Below are positions 10,717 to 24,181 of a stretch of DNA of 64,000 nt, piece after piece. Positions within the stretch are counted from its first letter, which is position 1. The number at the start of each line of letters is the position of its first letter. The notes under the pieces were generated by a model, which saw only the letters and a program-made list of their open reading frames with translations, had not been told where the DNA came from and did not search any database. This DNA is from Amphiscolops sp. MND2022 (Eukaryota): positions 40,674,001-40,738,000 of the forward strand of contig OZ076409.1 in NCBI GenBank assembly GCA_964187785.1, read 5' to 3'. The position numbers and the translations under genes are program-made.

Positions 10717-13702
10717 TCTTCAGTGTAACTGTTCTTTTTAGTACTCTGTCACAGTTGCTATTACTGGTAAGAAATCCGTATGGAAATCTGATTTTTCTTG
10801 AATTAAAAATGACGTCGACAACAAAGATGAGGAATATATATATTTTTGAAAACAAGTCTCATCTACTTCATTCTGAAATGGGCATCCGAAAACAAATAAT
10901 CGCGATTTTACTTCGACGTCGCAACATCCAATATAATTCGGAATTAACGTTAAGAAGTCGGATGTAGGGCATTCATCTGAAAATAGGGCAGTTATATTTT
11001 ATATCTGAAAATGAAAAATATAACTCATTCCGTCAAAACGTAAAATCATAAGCTCGAAATCAGCGCATTTTATACCATATGTGAACGGTAAATTAATTGT
11101 TCAATTTGAAATGATACAAAATTCGATAAATGTTAGGGTCTACATTGTCTCAATCTTGCTGTCACTGCTTGAGACATTTGTGGAATTGACAATTAAGTTT
11201 GATAAATTCATATATAGCTTCGTTGTAGCATAACCTTCACCAAAAGAGCTAGCATACATCAATTTCAAATTATTGGTGACTTTGACACTCAGTAGATTCA
11301 AACCCCCGTTCATGATGAAGCCATTACTAATCGGTGAAATAGAAATTAAACAAAAACAACATCGACGGAAAAACTAAAACAAAAAAGGCTTTTTTCTAAC
11401 AAAAGCTATAAAAATTGAAGGTAAGACAGTAAGAGAATTAGGTTTTTTTATGAACATCGCAAAAGTAAAAAAAAATGCCAAAATGATCCAAGAGGAGGTC
11501 CCTATATGCATGGAGAACGCATTTTTGTTTTCGAAAAATGAAATCAAAATTGGGAACAACTAGTGACCGTTTTTTAGTAAGTCGCAAAGTGCCAAAATAA
11601 CACCAAAGGTGTTTCACTTTGGTCTCTTTAGTTTTTCTGAAACAGTCAAGAAAAGAATCAGACAGAGCCTTTTGGCGCAACTGGGTGCACTTCAGAACTT
11701 AGGATAACTCAAAAAATGGGACATTTCTCCTAATTAACATATAAAACATGTCTTTTTGACATAAAAAGACAATGCCTTTTGATTTTTTCAAGACTGAAAC
11801 AAATCGCACAGTGCCAAAAAAGCAAACATGACACTTTTAAGCTTGAAGAACGCATTTTCTTTATGAAAAACGTGAACAGCTTAAGCTGGCGCCGCCGCTT
11901 AAGACCCAATGAGAGGTAAATCGTTTGAGTATGCTAAAAAAACAACGATTAGGAAATTTCTTATCAATCCTACTCGAAGAAACCAAGGGAAACGATAACC
12001 CCTGAGACTCGAATTAAGAATGAACTGAACTGAGAAGTTTTCAAATAAAAGTTTTGGCGGTAATTAGAAAAACATTCTCGAAAAAATGTATCGCAGTGCA
12101 AAAAATCTCAAAGAGGCCTGACATGAAAAGTTTCAAGACCGGACCCCTTGGTATGTTAAAAATTTTTCGACACAAAAGTAAAAAAGTCGCTTTTTGCCAC
12201 CAAAAGGTGACCCTTCGGTCTTCGCTCTATGCAATCATTAAAAACGTTGGTCGCGATTAAAAATCGGGACGCGAACCCATCAATTCCTGCTTCCAAGGCC
12301 TCATCACCAAGCAGAGAAACTGCCGCTAACCTCTACATCAAGTGGAGAGTACTTTTCATCTTCTCACCAGTATCTAGTTGAAACTCTCCATCACTCAAAA
12401 TTCTTGAGCAGGAAAACTTGTCCCCATTACGGTAATTTCGGTGTCTGGGGAATGTTTGGTATTGGTTTTGCCCGGTCATTTAGCTATTTCACTTGAACTT
12501 TCCAGAAGTGGTTGTTCAACTTTGAGAGGCTCATTCGCCATATTTACAGGGAAGAATTTATTCCCTAAATGTAAGTTTTGGAGTGCTCTTCATCGCCTAG
12601 GTTACAGCATGAAACAGCAATTAATGAACGCCGCGGAAAATGAAAAATACATTATTCCATAGAGCCAATTAGTGAAATGATCTTCCAAAGTTTCCTAGCT
12701 TTTTGTAGGTTCAGAAAACCGGATACAAAGCTCCGATTCCGAGAGTACAAAAGAAAAAAGGACCCTTTTGAAAGTTTTCAGATTCATATACTTTCCGTCA
12801 GACAATGGCTGTTCATCTTGTTTTGTTTATGGAAAGAAAAAAAGATAACTTTGTCTTATTTCCATCTTTCGTAACTATAGAATTTAACAATGGAGAAATA
12901 TAATGCCAGAAAACTGGTATGACTCCCAGCTGTGAATGTAGGTTGTTCTTCCAATTCAAACTAATTGCTCGGCTAAATATGAACTACTAGGATGGAGGCA
13001 TGAATAATGGAAACATACAAAAAATGAATGTTGGGCCAGGTAGAGGAAAAACAACCAAACAAAAAACGTTAGAAACAAGTTTTGTCAGAGAAATACTTCT
13101 CCAATGTAAACCAAACGAATCAGTTCCTGAATAAATTGATTTATACCTCCAGCCAATGAAAAACTGAGCAACTTTCATGCAAGACTACCACAAGGAAATG
13201 AACCGAAATAGCCTAAAGCTGCGGCTCAAACATGGTCATTGTGATTGTGTATTGATTTCGCTTTCACCTGAAGTTGAAAGGAAACCAATGGTGCCTTTTG
13301 GTGGAATGAAATGTTTATCGGAAAAAGGCACAGAGTGAATAACAACCTTGAAACTAAATGCGTTATAACTGAATACTTCATAACGTTATATTCGCTTACC
13401 TAAAAGGAGTCAAAAACAGATAACGCTGTAACCAAAATAAGTTACAGCCAAACATGTTTGAGGTGAGAAAAAACGTTCCGAAGCTCAAAGTGTCCTCTTA
13501 GAGTTTTTTAATTTTCAGCCAAAAAAATGCCCTTCTAAGCATAAATGGTCTTTTTTGGCAATGTGAGATTTTTCAGAAGTTTCATAAAACACAGCCTTTT
13601 CGCATTGAAGTATACATAGAGGACAAGCTCTAGACTTCAGACTATTTCTGTTGTGACTAATTATAAATAATTAGTCTGTAGTATGTCTGAAGTACCTGCC
13701 AC

Positions 13703-14248
13703 TTTTTAATCGGCGCATTTTAGTAGAAAATGTGCCCGACTATTACGGTAGTTTTTTTTAGACACGAAAGGTCCACTTTTTTGTTCATTTGTTCAACAAC
13801 CTCAAACCTCAACAACTTCAAACCTCAACAACTCCAACCTCAGTGAGTCCAAAACGAAAAGAAAAAACGAAACAGACGTCCACAACCTCGAAAACACACT
13901 AAAGATCCCACCTTAGCCCCACTTTTTTTCGGCACTATGCGACTTTTTTTGAAGTTTTTTAAATTGCACCAGAGGGTCCCCTTTCATTTGTTTCGATATT
14001 TTGCAACACAATGGATGTCAAAAAATTGCAAAGGGTCCCCCCTTTTACATTTTTCGGCACTGTGACACTGTTCAAAAATCTCATTAAAAAATTTTTTTGG
14101 GAAATTTTTTCATGTCCCCAAAGGGTCCCCCATTCAATTTTTTAAAAAATTTTTCGCAACCAGCTGGAGTTTCACAAAGCCCGAAGGGTCCCCCTTTTAA
14201 ATTTTGAGCCTTAGATATGGCGCCGACTTTGGCCGTTCTCGGCTTGTT
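13703..14248 (+). mobile_element. Helentron-associated non-autonomous element (HINE, DINE-1-like)
   Basis: 5' T-run plus subTIR (TAATCGGCGC) with an adjacent partial inverted repeat (CCGACTA). Internal CAACAACCTCAAAC repeats. 3' subTIR GCGCCGACT, then hairpin GCCG-TTCT-CGGC and TTGTT. No TSD seen. Confidence 0.8.
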
Positions 14249-17200
14249 ATTACAACCATTATGTAAGTTACATTTAGTAACGAAAGTATAGCGCTTACAA
14301 TACAGTTTCATATTAACGAACTTTCTTACTTGGAAAGTATACAACATGGCGCAGTCAGATTGACCCCTACTCAGAACCTAGCGGAACGAATATTCAAACC
14401 CTTCCAGGAATGGACGAGACAAACAACACGTCGCCGAGGAACGGTGACCAATCTCACCAAATAACGGAACAGGTCTCGAGCAGGCAACTACCGTTCAATG
14501 ACACAACATCGAGATTGGGAGAACGGACTTGCACCCAAAAGCTCACCAAACCAAGCCTGGAGAAATAGGACAACTCCAGTGCTAACTTGTAGTGGCCTAA
14601 GTTCGTTCAATTCATAAACATTACGAAAAAAATTGACATCTCAACATAGGTAAGTTTGAAGGAAATTCTGCCACAAAGCCGTGATCAGCTAGAGATTGAA
14701 ATCAAAGACATATTTTTATAGGCAATGGTCGGAATGCACTCACGGAGATAACTAAAGCAGTGAGGGAAAGAGAAACTAGCTCCCTACCGCTGTACAAGTT
14801 ACACACTTTATTCAGACTACACTATACAACCGAAAGAAAAGTACAACACAACCGGACCGATTTCTTCGATCTCAAAAGAGAGAGCGGAGAATCAGCAGCA
14901 GACGTGTGAAACGAATATCAGAAGTCGAGAGAGAAGTTGAGAAATTCGAGCAGAAACTCGCAGAACTCCTATCATCAAAATTCCAATCACTCATAAGAAA
15001 AAAAATCACGGGAGAATACGAGCTGAAAAAAATACGCAAGAGCGACATGTCGGTCGAAGCAATAACATAATCCATACATGAACACATGTATGAGAAACTA
15101 AACGACTCACCTGAAACGGAAGAGGAGAAGAAAATTGACATGTCAAGAAGAGAAAACTAAAATCCACCAGAGAACAAACGGACCGGAGCACATAGTCCAG
15201 AAAAATAGAATGTAACAGATGAGGGGCACCCAACTGGTCCAAAGAACACGAATGTTCCGAAAGAAGGAGAGAATTGCGTAAAGTGTGGTTAAACTGGACA
15301 TTACGCCAAATGCCTCCGCTCATCACGGGGATTAAACTATGGTGCGGAAGAAGAAATATACAGTGCGAAAGAGGAGACTGGACACCCGACAGAATACACT
15401 CTGTGCAACGAAAAACTCATTCCCTGGGTGAAATGCAAAGAACGGCCCACCGATCTATACAGCAACGATAGTGGTCAATAACAGACCAATCAAACTTACA
15501 ATAGACACGGGCTCACCAGTGACTCTCATTCCAAAATCTAAAGTTAATAATACGACAACAATAAGACAGGTAGCGGCAGACTAACGGGACGTGAACGACA
15601 ACAGAATAAAGTTCGCTGGAAAAACAACAGCAAACGTCAAACTAGACCAAACCACACACCCACTTCTTTTACTCGACTGGAAAGTGAAAATGGGAATAAC
15701 ACTCGAATCACCAGAAATACCAACCACATAAACAGGTCGGAGAACGCCATAGAACGAAACATAACAACACTCAAAGTAAGTTCATCAAATTATTTACGGA
15801 AAAACAAACGGTAAAAAACATAGAAGTAGATATACAACTAAAAGAAGGGGCGAAATTGATCCAACAGAATGGTGGACCGGCACCAATTCACTTGCAATGC
15901 GCAGTTGAGAAAAAACTCGACAAACTCAAAAAACAAGGACATATCGAAAAAGCAAAAAACTTACAAAAATTGTTTCGTGAGCCCCGCAGTGATCACTTTA
16001 AAAAAGACAAATCAGTGCAAAAGGCCTTGGACTAACAAAAACTGAACAAAATAACGGTACAAAGAAAAGCTCAAATGCCTAACATGGACGAGTTGATATA
16101 AAGGATATCCTGAAAAGTAGTGGATTGACAGGCAGACGAAATCTGAATATCAAAGCTTGACTTAGATTTTGCGTACGGGCAGGTACTCAAAAAGAGCAAT
16201 GGACTTGTGTATTTGTGCGGTCATTGAAGGCAATTTCACGGGGTACTATCGATTTTTGAAAAGAATTCACGACATGCTGCCTAGCCGACATACCAACAAT
16301 ATTCCAAAAAACTGACCAGACGCTGGAAAACAAACAGCCAGCCTGATTAGACGACATTATAGTGGTTACAAGATATTCAAAACAAAAACATATGGCTGAA
16401 CGGATATTGACAAAACTGGAAAACAACGGATATAGACTGAATCATTCAAAACAAAAATTGAATAGATCGGACATAAAATAGATTAGAACGGCATCAATCC
16501 GCTAAAAGATAAACTGCTGGCTATAAATCACTGAAAAAGGAGGAAAACAAGAAGGAACGAAAATCGTTCCTAGACGCAATTCAATACCTGTCCAAACACC
16601 TTGAGAACCTTTCCGCTCAAACAGATATTTTGAGACACTTACTAAAAAAACAACAATCTCTGAAATTGGACAGAACAACATACCAATGAATTCAACAATT
16701 TGGAGCAAAAAATCAGGGAGATTCCGTTTCTGACACATTATAATTCAAACTACCCGAAGGAAATAACAACGGACGCTAGCACAATAGGACTGGGCGCCAC
16801 ACGGTTGCAAAAACAATCGGATGGTAAATTGATACTAATCGGATTTGCCATTCGATTTCTTTCCGACTCAGAAAAGAAAGACAAATACCAAACTAGAACT
16901 ATTAGTAGTCGTATGGAAACTGAAACACTTCCGTCTTTATTTAAACGGTAAACTGATAAAGATGCGGTAAACCGATAAACATTCAACCTAAACTAAACGA
17001 TAAAATCGAATGGACGCCAGAACAATAAACAATCTCGAAATAGCGGCCCCGTCCGCAGAAACAAGGAACCTCATAGCAAGATGGCACAATATAGTGAAAC
17101 CTGGTATTTACCGTCAATGCGGTGGCCGATGGAAAAAAATATTACGAGGCAAAATCTCTCAGAAACGAGCGACGGATAATAGAAGAACAACTGCAACAAG

Positions 17201-18325
17201 TGATAACAAGTGAAATCTGGAACGCAGAGGCAACCCACAAGTGGAGGGCTTCCAACCGCAGACGAGAAGACAAGAACAATGGACATACGACCCATTCTGG
17301 GGAGTAGACGGCCCACTGCAACTAGCGGATCAACAACCGTGGTTATCAAAACCGCAAACACACCAAGAATACATCCCAGTGGATATGGCTGAAATTGGGT
17401 TGGACACCAACCAAGACCCATCGGTACTAGAAGTACAGGCAACGAATTGGGCGAAATATGTGGGCGTTAAAAGCGTCCAAGATTCAAAGATGGATCAGAC
17501 ACCACGGGTCAATGCAGAAGGGCCAAACGACTGGGACCTTGGCAACGCGGTGAGAGCGACGGAGAAGACGTTCTCTACAGATTTGTAACATTTAATGACG
17601 GAAACGACTCCCCATATCCTGAAAACATAAGTCTGCCTCGAACGATAACAGCAAGACAACATACCGGAAGAAAAATTACATACCGGAAAAAGCTCTCAAC
17701 AAGATACGGTTTAGTCTTCTTTGAAGACTGTATCATTGTACCGAAACATCTGCGGGCAACGGTGATAAGTCTTCTGCGTAAGAGCCATCCCGCCATTAAC
17801 AAAATGTCTATGGCGGCCAGACCTTTCTGGTGGCCGAAGATCATGGAGGCTGTTCAAAAGAAATTCGACGGATGCAGCCCGTGCAAAATGACCGGTAAGA
17901 GTGTTAAACCTAACATACTTAAAACGAAAAATAAACAATTACCGGCACTGAGTAAATCGAACGAAGAAACCCAATTGGATTTAATTGGTCCAATCACAGA
18001 AAAGAGCCAAAGATTCCACATTCTACTTTCAATGGACCGGTACTGTAAATGGCCGGCGACAATTTTTTGTGAAACAACCGACAGACAAACGGCGGTCAGA
18101 TTTTTATGACTATCAGAACGGACAAAGCCGCCGCATTTACAGGTGAAACGCCCAGGTAATCTTCAAAAACAGTCCTATTAAGCTCATATACGGTACATTG
18201 TATATACATACTCCCACGGGATTGATCGAACGCGGAGTAAGAACACTGAAAGAAACATTACTAACAAATATCAAGGCGGGGCAAAGTCCAAGTAAAGCCT
18301 CAGACATAACGCTTGATGTAATTAG

Positions 18326-18872
18326 AACAAGCCGAGAACGGCCAAAGTCGGCGCCATATCTAAGGCTCAAAATTTAAAAGGGGGACCCTTCGGGCTTTGT
18401 GAAACTCCAGCTGGTTGCAAAAAATTTAAAAAATTGAAGGGAGTACCCTTTGGAGACATGAAAAAATTTCCCAAAAAATTTTTTTAATCAATTTTTTGAA
18501 CAGTGTCACAGTGCCGAAAAATGTAAAAGGGGGAACTTTTGCGATTTTTTGACATCCATTGTGTTGCAAAATATCGAAACAAATGAAGGGGGACCCTCTG
18601 GTGCAATCCAAAAAACTTCAAAAAAAAGTCGCATAGTGCCGAAAAAAGTGGGGCTAAAGGTGGGATCTTTTGTGTGTTTTCGAGGTTGTGGACGTCTGTT
18701 TTGTTTTTTCTTTTCGTTTTGGACGCGCTGAGGTTGGAGTTGTTGAGATTTGAAGTTGTTGAGGTTTGAGGTTGTTGAACAAATGAACAAAAAAGTGGAC
18801 CTTTCGTGTCTAAAAATAACTACCCACTGTAATAGTCGGGCACATTTTCTACTAAAATGCGCCGACTAAAAA
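18326..18872 (-). mobile_element. HINE copy, highly similar to 13703-14248 and inverted relative to it
   Basis: Same termini and interior. It splits the gypsy integrase reading DVIRT / HTRLKNFAFEMHYGREP. Confidence 0.85.
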
Positions 18873-19845
18873 GGCTTCATACTAGGCTAAAGAACTTCGC
18901 CTTTGAAATGCATTACGGCCGCGAGCCAAACCACGAGATGTTGAATATTGATAAACCGAAAGAGATAACAAAAAGTTCTATTTCAGCAAAACCAGATACC
19001 CTACAGGTATACTCATTCAACGGAGCTGGCGGTTCTCCTTTTACAGTACCAAAACAATGAAAAATATATTGAAACAATATATCTGAAAAATGTTCAACAT
19101 TGTAACAAATTTGCAAAATCTGCGATTCTTGTACAAAGCCCAATAATGCATAAATAATCACGAACATAAGTTATATTTAATTATTAATTTACAATTTCTT
19201 TAAATCACTAGATCAATTGACATATGCTGAACCAGTAGTTCCAAATGCGTTTGATACCCAGATTGAACAGAAAAGCACACGACACGTGTTATTTTCCAAA
19301 GCGTTAACGTTTTGTTTTTCGGTTCAGCTGTGATTAAAAACAAAACAGCAGTACCAAAACTGTATTTAATTCTATATACTATCCATTGACTATAAAACTA
19401 AGAAACTATTGGTAAAATCCCTGGCTGAGAAAAAATACGTATATTGCAAAATTTTTGCATGATACCCGAAAAGATTTTGGCAGACAGTTCAAATTTTGCT
19501 GGAACATGACATATTACCCCACACTGATCCTAGATATTATTCCAGTGATTTCCAGGGGGACACATTTTACAATATTCAGGCTACAAACTTGCCTGCCAAT
19601 TTAATGCAATGTCTTACAAGATTTTGCTAGATTCATGCGGGAGACATTTTTTCTCAATTGACTCCTTTAATGTTGGAAGATCCCTGATGAACTATCAGAA
19701 TTTTATGAATTTCAGAATTTTTAAAATATTAATATATCAGATCTATGTCGATATCTATAACATTAATATATCTATATTTTCATCTCTCAAATATCACGAA
19801 ATACTTGGGATAGTATCCTCTTTTGCCTGTAAAAACATCTCTTAC

Positions 19846-20155
19846 CCCAAGTATAATTCTGGGTTGAATGGCCTTTGGAAACGAGGGAACCCCCTTTGAC
19901 CTTTCCTGGTTTACTCCATACACTTGACCTATCCGGTCTGGCCTTTTCAGCGCCAGTGCTCAGACCCAGAGCGGTGACAGAAGAATGGAACACCGATGAC
20001 TCATCCCCGAAGGACTGCTCGACCTTCAGAGCGTTAGGCAAGCGCCATATGAAGTCGAATCCTTCGGAACTATCCGAACCCCGAGGCGAGTCATGGACTC
20101 TTTCGTTGGTGAAGCGGGTCCTGATGGAAGGGATCATCAAAAGTTGACTTCGCAT
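19846..20155 (-). CDS. Candidate upstream coding exon, possibly the luminal N-terminus of the synaptotagmin
   Basis: A GC-richer island with a single open frame on this strand and a strong donor TGG G|GTAAG. Its phase-1 end joins the exon at 3745 in frame (..QNYTW-G-SPLW..). It contains an N-Y-T sequon. A possible acceptor TTATAG| lies at 20175. Confidence 0.45.
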
Positions 20156-21575
20156 AAATTCTCCAATTCGACTTCTATAATGACTCGTAATTTATAAAAA
20201 CTCGTAATTTAGTTTTTAATCAGTGCAACGGCTAGTTATTGTGCAGATATTGACGTCTTTTTTTTCCTTGCAAAAACAATTGAAGTACAATCAGTAATAC
20301 TGCTAGAATAACCCGATAATACTCATTTCCATTGACACATGTTGTATGCCTGATAATTTTCCCTTTTTCCCATAATAAATTTAATGCAATTAACTCTTTT
20401 TGGGAAAAAACCGTGTTTTTTCTAGAAAAAGTTACCCTGGTTGTTTTTATTAGTCTTGAAAAATTGTGCCACATGCATAAAAGTTAGTTGATTGTTATCA
20501 TTTAAATTTATTGCAATCAGTTGCAGATAATTTTTGATGATCCGTGCCTGATGTAACTCGGAGATTTCTTGATTTGCCAGATTTCGTTGAACTTGCTCAT
20601 AAGAAGAGATTAACGTGGAATTGATCCGATAGATCTCAGCTGACAGTTGATGTCCAAAAAATTGTAATTGTCAGTAAGGGGATAATTTAGAATGGACAAT
20701 GAATTAACAATCAGCTGAAGCGAACAAAACAAGCAGCCGTCCAGTAAAAAGTACTGGAGAAATAGAAAATTACCGGTTCAAAATTCACGTTCCGCCATCC
20801 ATGGACAAACGATCAAAATATTCGTCTATTATTAACGAACCCAGAAGCTGTTCTAAAACGGCTTTTTATGGCATCGATTTACCAGCCACTTCATCAAAGT
20901 TTTAGACACAGTGCAACAATCGCACAGTTGTCTAGTTTGGAGTTTCGAACTGAAAAAAATGGTTCTTATATATGGAAGTTGTAATTGGTTGAAGGTACTT
21001 TTATCAGCTGAAGTTGTTACTGGTTGAAGGTACTTTTAAGAGAAGCTTAAATCATTCAAGAACTTTGGATGATTGAGTACGGAAATTTGAAATCATTCAA
21101 GCGAAATAGAAATGTTTGACATCTTTCAAAAAGGTAGTTCTAACTCCCGTATTCAAGTTAAGCTGTGGCTGGTCTGACGTCTCAAGGTTTTTTCAATTTC
21201 AGGATGAATTTGCCGTACTATACACATAAACCATCGGTATATGGATCAAAGATGAAAATCGGTTCCTAATTTGGGCGCAATTTCTATGCATTAATTATTC
21301 CAAGAATTCAATTCCTTCAAGTTGAAAAACACCTGATGCACACAGAAATTATCTAATTTCTATTCCGTATGAACAAAGACCGGACAAGTCCAGGCATAAG
21401 TATGTATTTATCAAAAAATGTATAATCGAATAAAAAATGTGAATCGGTATAACCAACAAAACAGAGAGCTGAACGGCAGCTTTGTAAGAAATAAATTGTA
21501 TACTTCTGCGGGCTGATTTTTCAATTTTCCAAAACTCGAATGTCAATCTAGAGATTAAAACTCATCAGAAAAATG

Positions 21576-24181
21576 GATTCAGAGACAGAATTCAAAGAAG
21601 TAGGAGGAACCAAGGTTTTTAAAGAAAATATGACGGTAAAATGAAATTTAAAAGTGGCAAGGGGTGATAAAATTTTCCCGTTCTACGGTGATAATTTTGA
21701 AGCTGATTTGATGATTATCTATTATTTTCAAAACATCCTTTGACGTCACGACTTAGAATTTGGAAGTGGTTTTAATTGGACAAAAAACGAGACTTAGTTA
21801 AATTGGAATTTTTCTTATAAATATTATGTTACGCTGTCGGAGCACAAAAAAATTAATGCCGAGGCATTTTCCAATTTTCATTTTAATGATGAAGTAAGCT
21901 GAGACAGAAAAGAGTCGAGAATTGAGCTTCGGAATTATCCAATACAAGAAAGCAAGATTTTGAAATGAGAATTTAATGAAATATTGCAAAAAATGATTAA
22001 AACCAGGCAGCGGAAGGCAAGATCAAAATTTGATCAGCAAATTACCTGAACACAAGGAAACACTGTTGGGTGGTCAAAAAAGATGCAACATATGTGAACT
22101 AATGGAAATTTTATTAGTTAATATTCCAGCGTCGACTTTCTTACATAACAACGTCACAGCGGAACGACATTAAAAATAAATCCTTCTTCTTTATATGGAT
22201 ATCGCAAATTCATCTGTAAAATATACTCGTAGATAAAATTGTGGTACACTTCCCTCGGTCTGGGAAAAAATCAAATAGACACACTTTTTTTCATACTCGC
22301 CATTTTTCCATCTTGCGTAACACGTACCTATGACGTAAGGAACTTCTATAAGCGTGTTCGCATATATAGCCTAAACCTTTTGACTTGCATATAGTGAAAC
22401 GTGACACCGTAACCTCATGGTAAGGAAATTAGGACTCAAATGAAAATTAACACCTGGTTCGAGTAGTAGTGATGTAGAATTCGACCCGATTTCAAAAGAA
22501 AGTAAAAATTAGCCCCAACCGGTTGAGACGGAAATTAATTTGGCTCTCTGACGCAACAGTAGCGTCGTGGTATTTTCAAACGCAATGACTTTTTCAAGCC
22601 TGAGCTAAAAGCAGTCTAATTACGAAAGGAGGTCTCGAAAAAAGTTGCATCTGTGTATGCTGATGAACTTTTATCACCAAAAAATCACAAGAACAAAAAC
22701 TCCTTTCCAGGAACCTTCAGGCGATCATTTGACAAAAATACTGATCGAAGACTATGTCGTTTTGCTTTCGTCAAAAGGAGAAATTTTATTTTCAAGATTT
22801 CGATTTTTTTCAACGACCTAAACGGCCTTTGGCTAAAGTGTGACATTTTTGATATCATAAACAGTTATAAATGATAGAGATTCAGAGACAGAATTCAAAG
22901 AAGTAGGAGGAACCAAGGTTTTTAAAGAAAATATGACGGTAAAATGAAATTTAAAAGTGGCAAGGGGTGATAAAATTTTCCCGTTCTACGGTGATAATTT
23001 TGAAGCTGATTTGATGATTATCTATTATTTTCAAAACATCCTTTGACGTCACGACTTAGAATTTGGAAGTGGTTTTAATTGGACAAAAAACGAGACTTAG
23101 TTAAATTGGAATTTTTCTTATAAATATTATGTTACGCTGTCGGAGCACAAAAAAATTAATGCCGAGGCATTTTCCAATTTTCATTTTAATGATGAAGTAA
23201 GCTGAGACAGAAAAGAGTCGAGAATTGAGCTTCGGAATTATCCAATACAAGAAAGCAAGATTTTGAAATGAGAATTTAATGAAATATTGCAAAAAATGAT
23301 TAAAACCAGGCAGCGGAAGGCAAGATCAAAATTTGATCAGCAAATTACCTGAACACAAGGAAACACTGTTGGGTGGTCAAAAAAGATGCAACATATGTGA
23401 ACTAATGGAAATTTTATTAGTTAATATTCCAGCGTCGACTTTCTTACATAACAACGTCACAGCGGAACGACATTAAAAATAAATCCTTCTTCTTTATATG
23501 GATATCGCAAATTCATCTGTAAAATATACTCGTAGATAAAATTGTGGTACACTTCCCTCGGTCTGGGAAAAAATCAAATAGACACACTTTTTTTCATACT
23601 CGCCATTTTTCCATCTTGCGTAACACGTACCTATGACGTAAGGAACTTCTATAAGCGTGTTCGCATATATAGCCTAAACCTTTTGACTTGCATATAGTGA
23701 AACGTGACACCGTAACCTCATGGTAAGGAAATTAGGACTCAAATGAAAATTAACACCTGGTTCGAGTAGTAGTGATGTAGAATTCGACCCGATTTCAAAA
23801 GAAAGTAAAAATTAGCCCCAACCGGTTGAGACGGAAATTAATTTGGCTCTCTGACGCAACAGTAGCGTCGTGGTATTTTCAAACGCAATGACTTTTTCAA
23901 GCCTGAGCTAAAAGCAGTCTAATTACGAAAGGAGGTCTCGAAAAAAGTTGCATCTGTGTATGCTGATGAACTTTTATCACCAAAAAATCACAAGAACAAA
24001 AACGCCTTTCCAGGAACCTTCAGGCGATCATTTGACAAAAATACTGATCGAAGACTATGTCGTTTTGCTTTCGTCAAAAGGAGAAATTTTATTTTCAAGA
24101 TTTCGATTTTTTTCAACGACCTAAACGGCCTTTGGCTAAAGTGTGACATTTTTGATATCATAAACAGGTATAAATGATAGA
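21576..24181. repeat. Head-to-tail tandem duplication, 1303-bp unit (21576-22878 and 22879-24181)
   Basis: Matching ORF-track entries are offset by 1303. I noticed only two substitutions (22701 T vs 24004 G; 22865 T vs 24168 G). Confidence 0.95.

Larger units (their letters stand above)
13649..19030 (+). mobile_element. Heavily decayed, 3'-truncated Ty3/gypsy element interrupted by two HINE insertions
   Basis: LTR TGTTGT(13649)...ACAACA(14346), then PBS TGGCGCAGTCAG (14347-14358, tRNA-Ser(AGA)-like). Remnants include a zinc knuckle (about 15210-15310), protease IDTGSPVT (about 15500), RT LDDIIVV (about 16350), RNase H TTDASTIGLGA and integrase HPAINKM...WWP...CSPC, LDLIGPI, AFEMHYGREPN. Confidence 0.9.
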
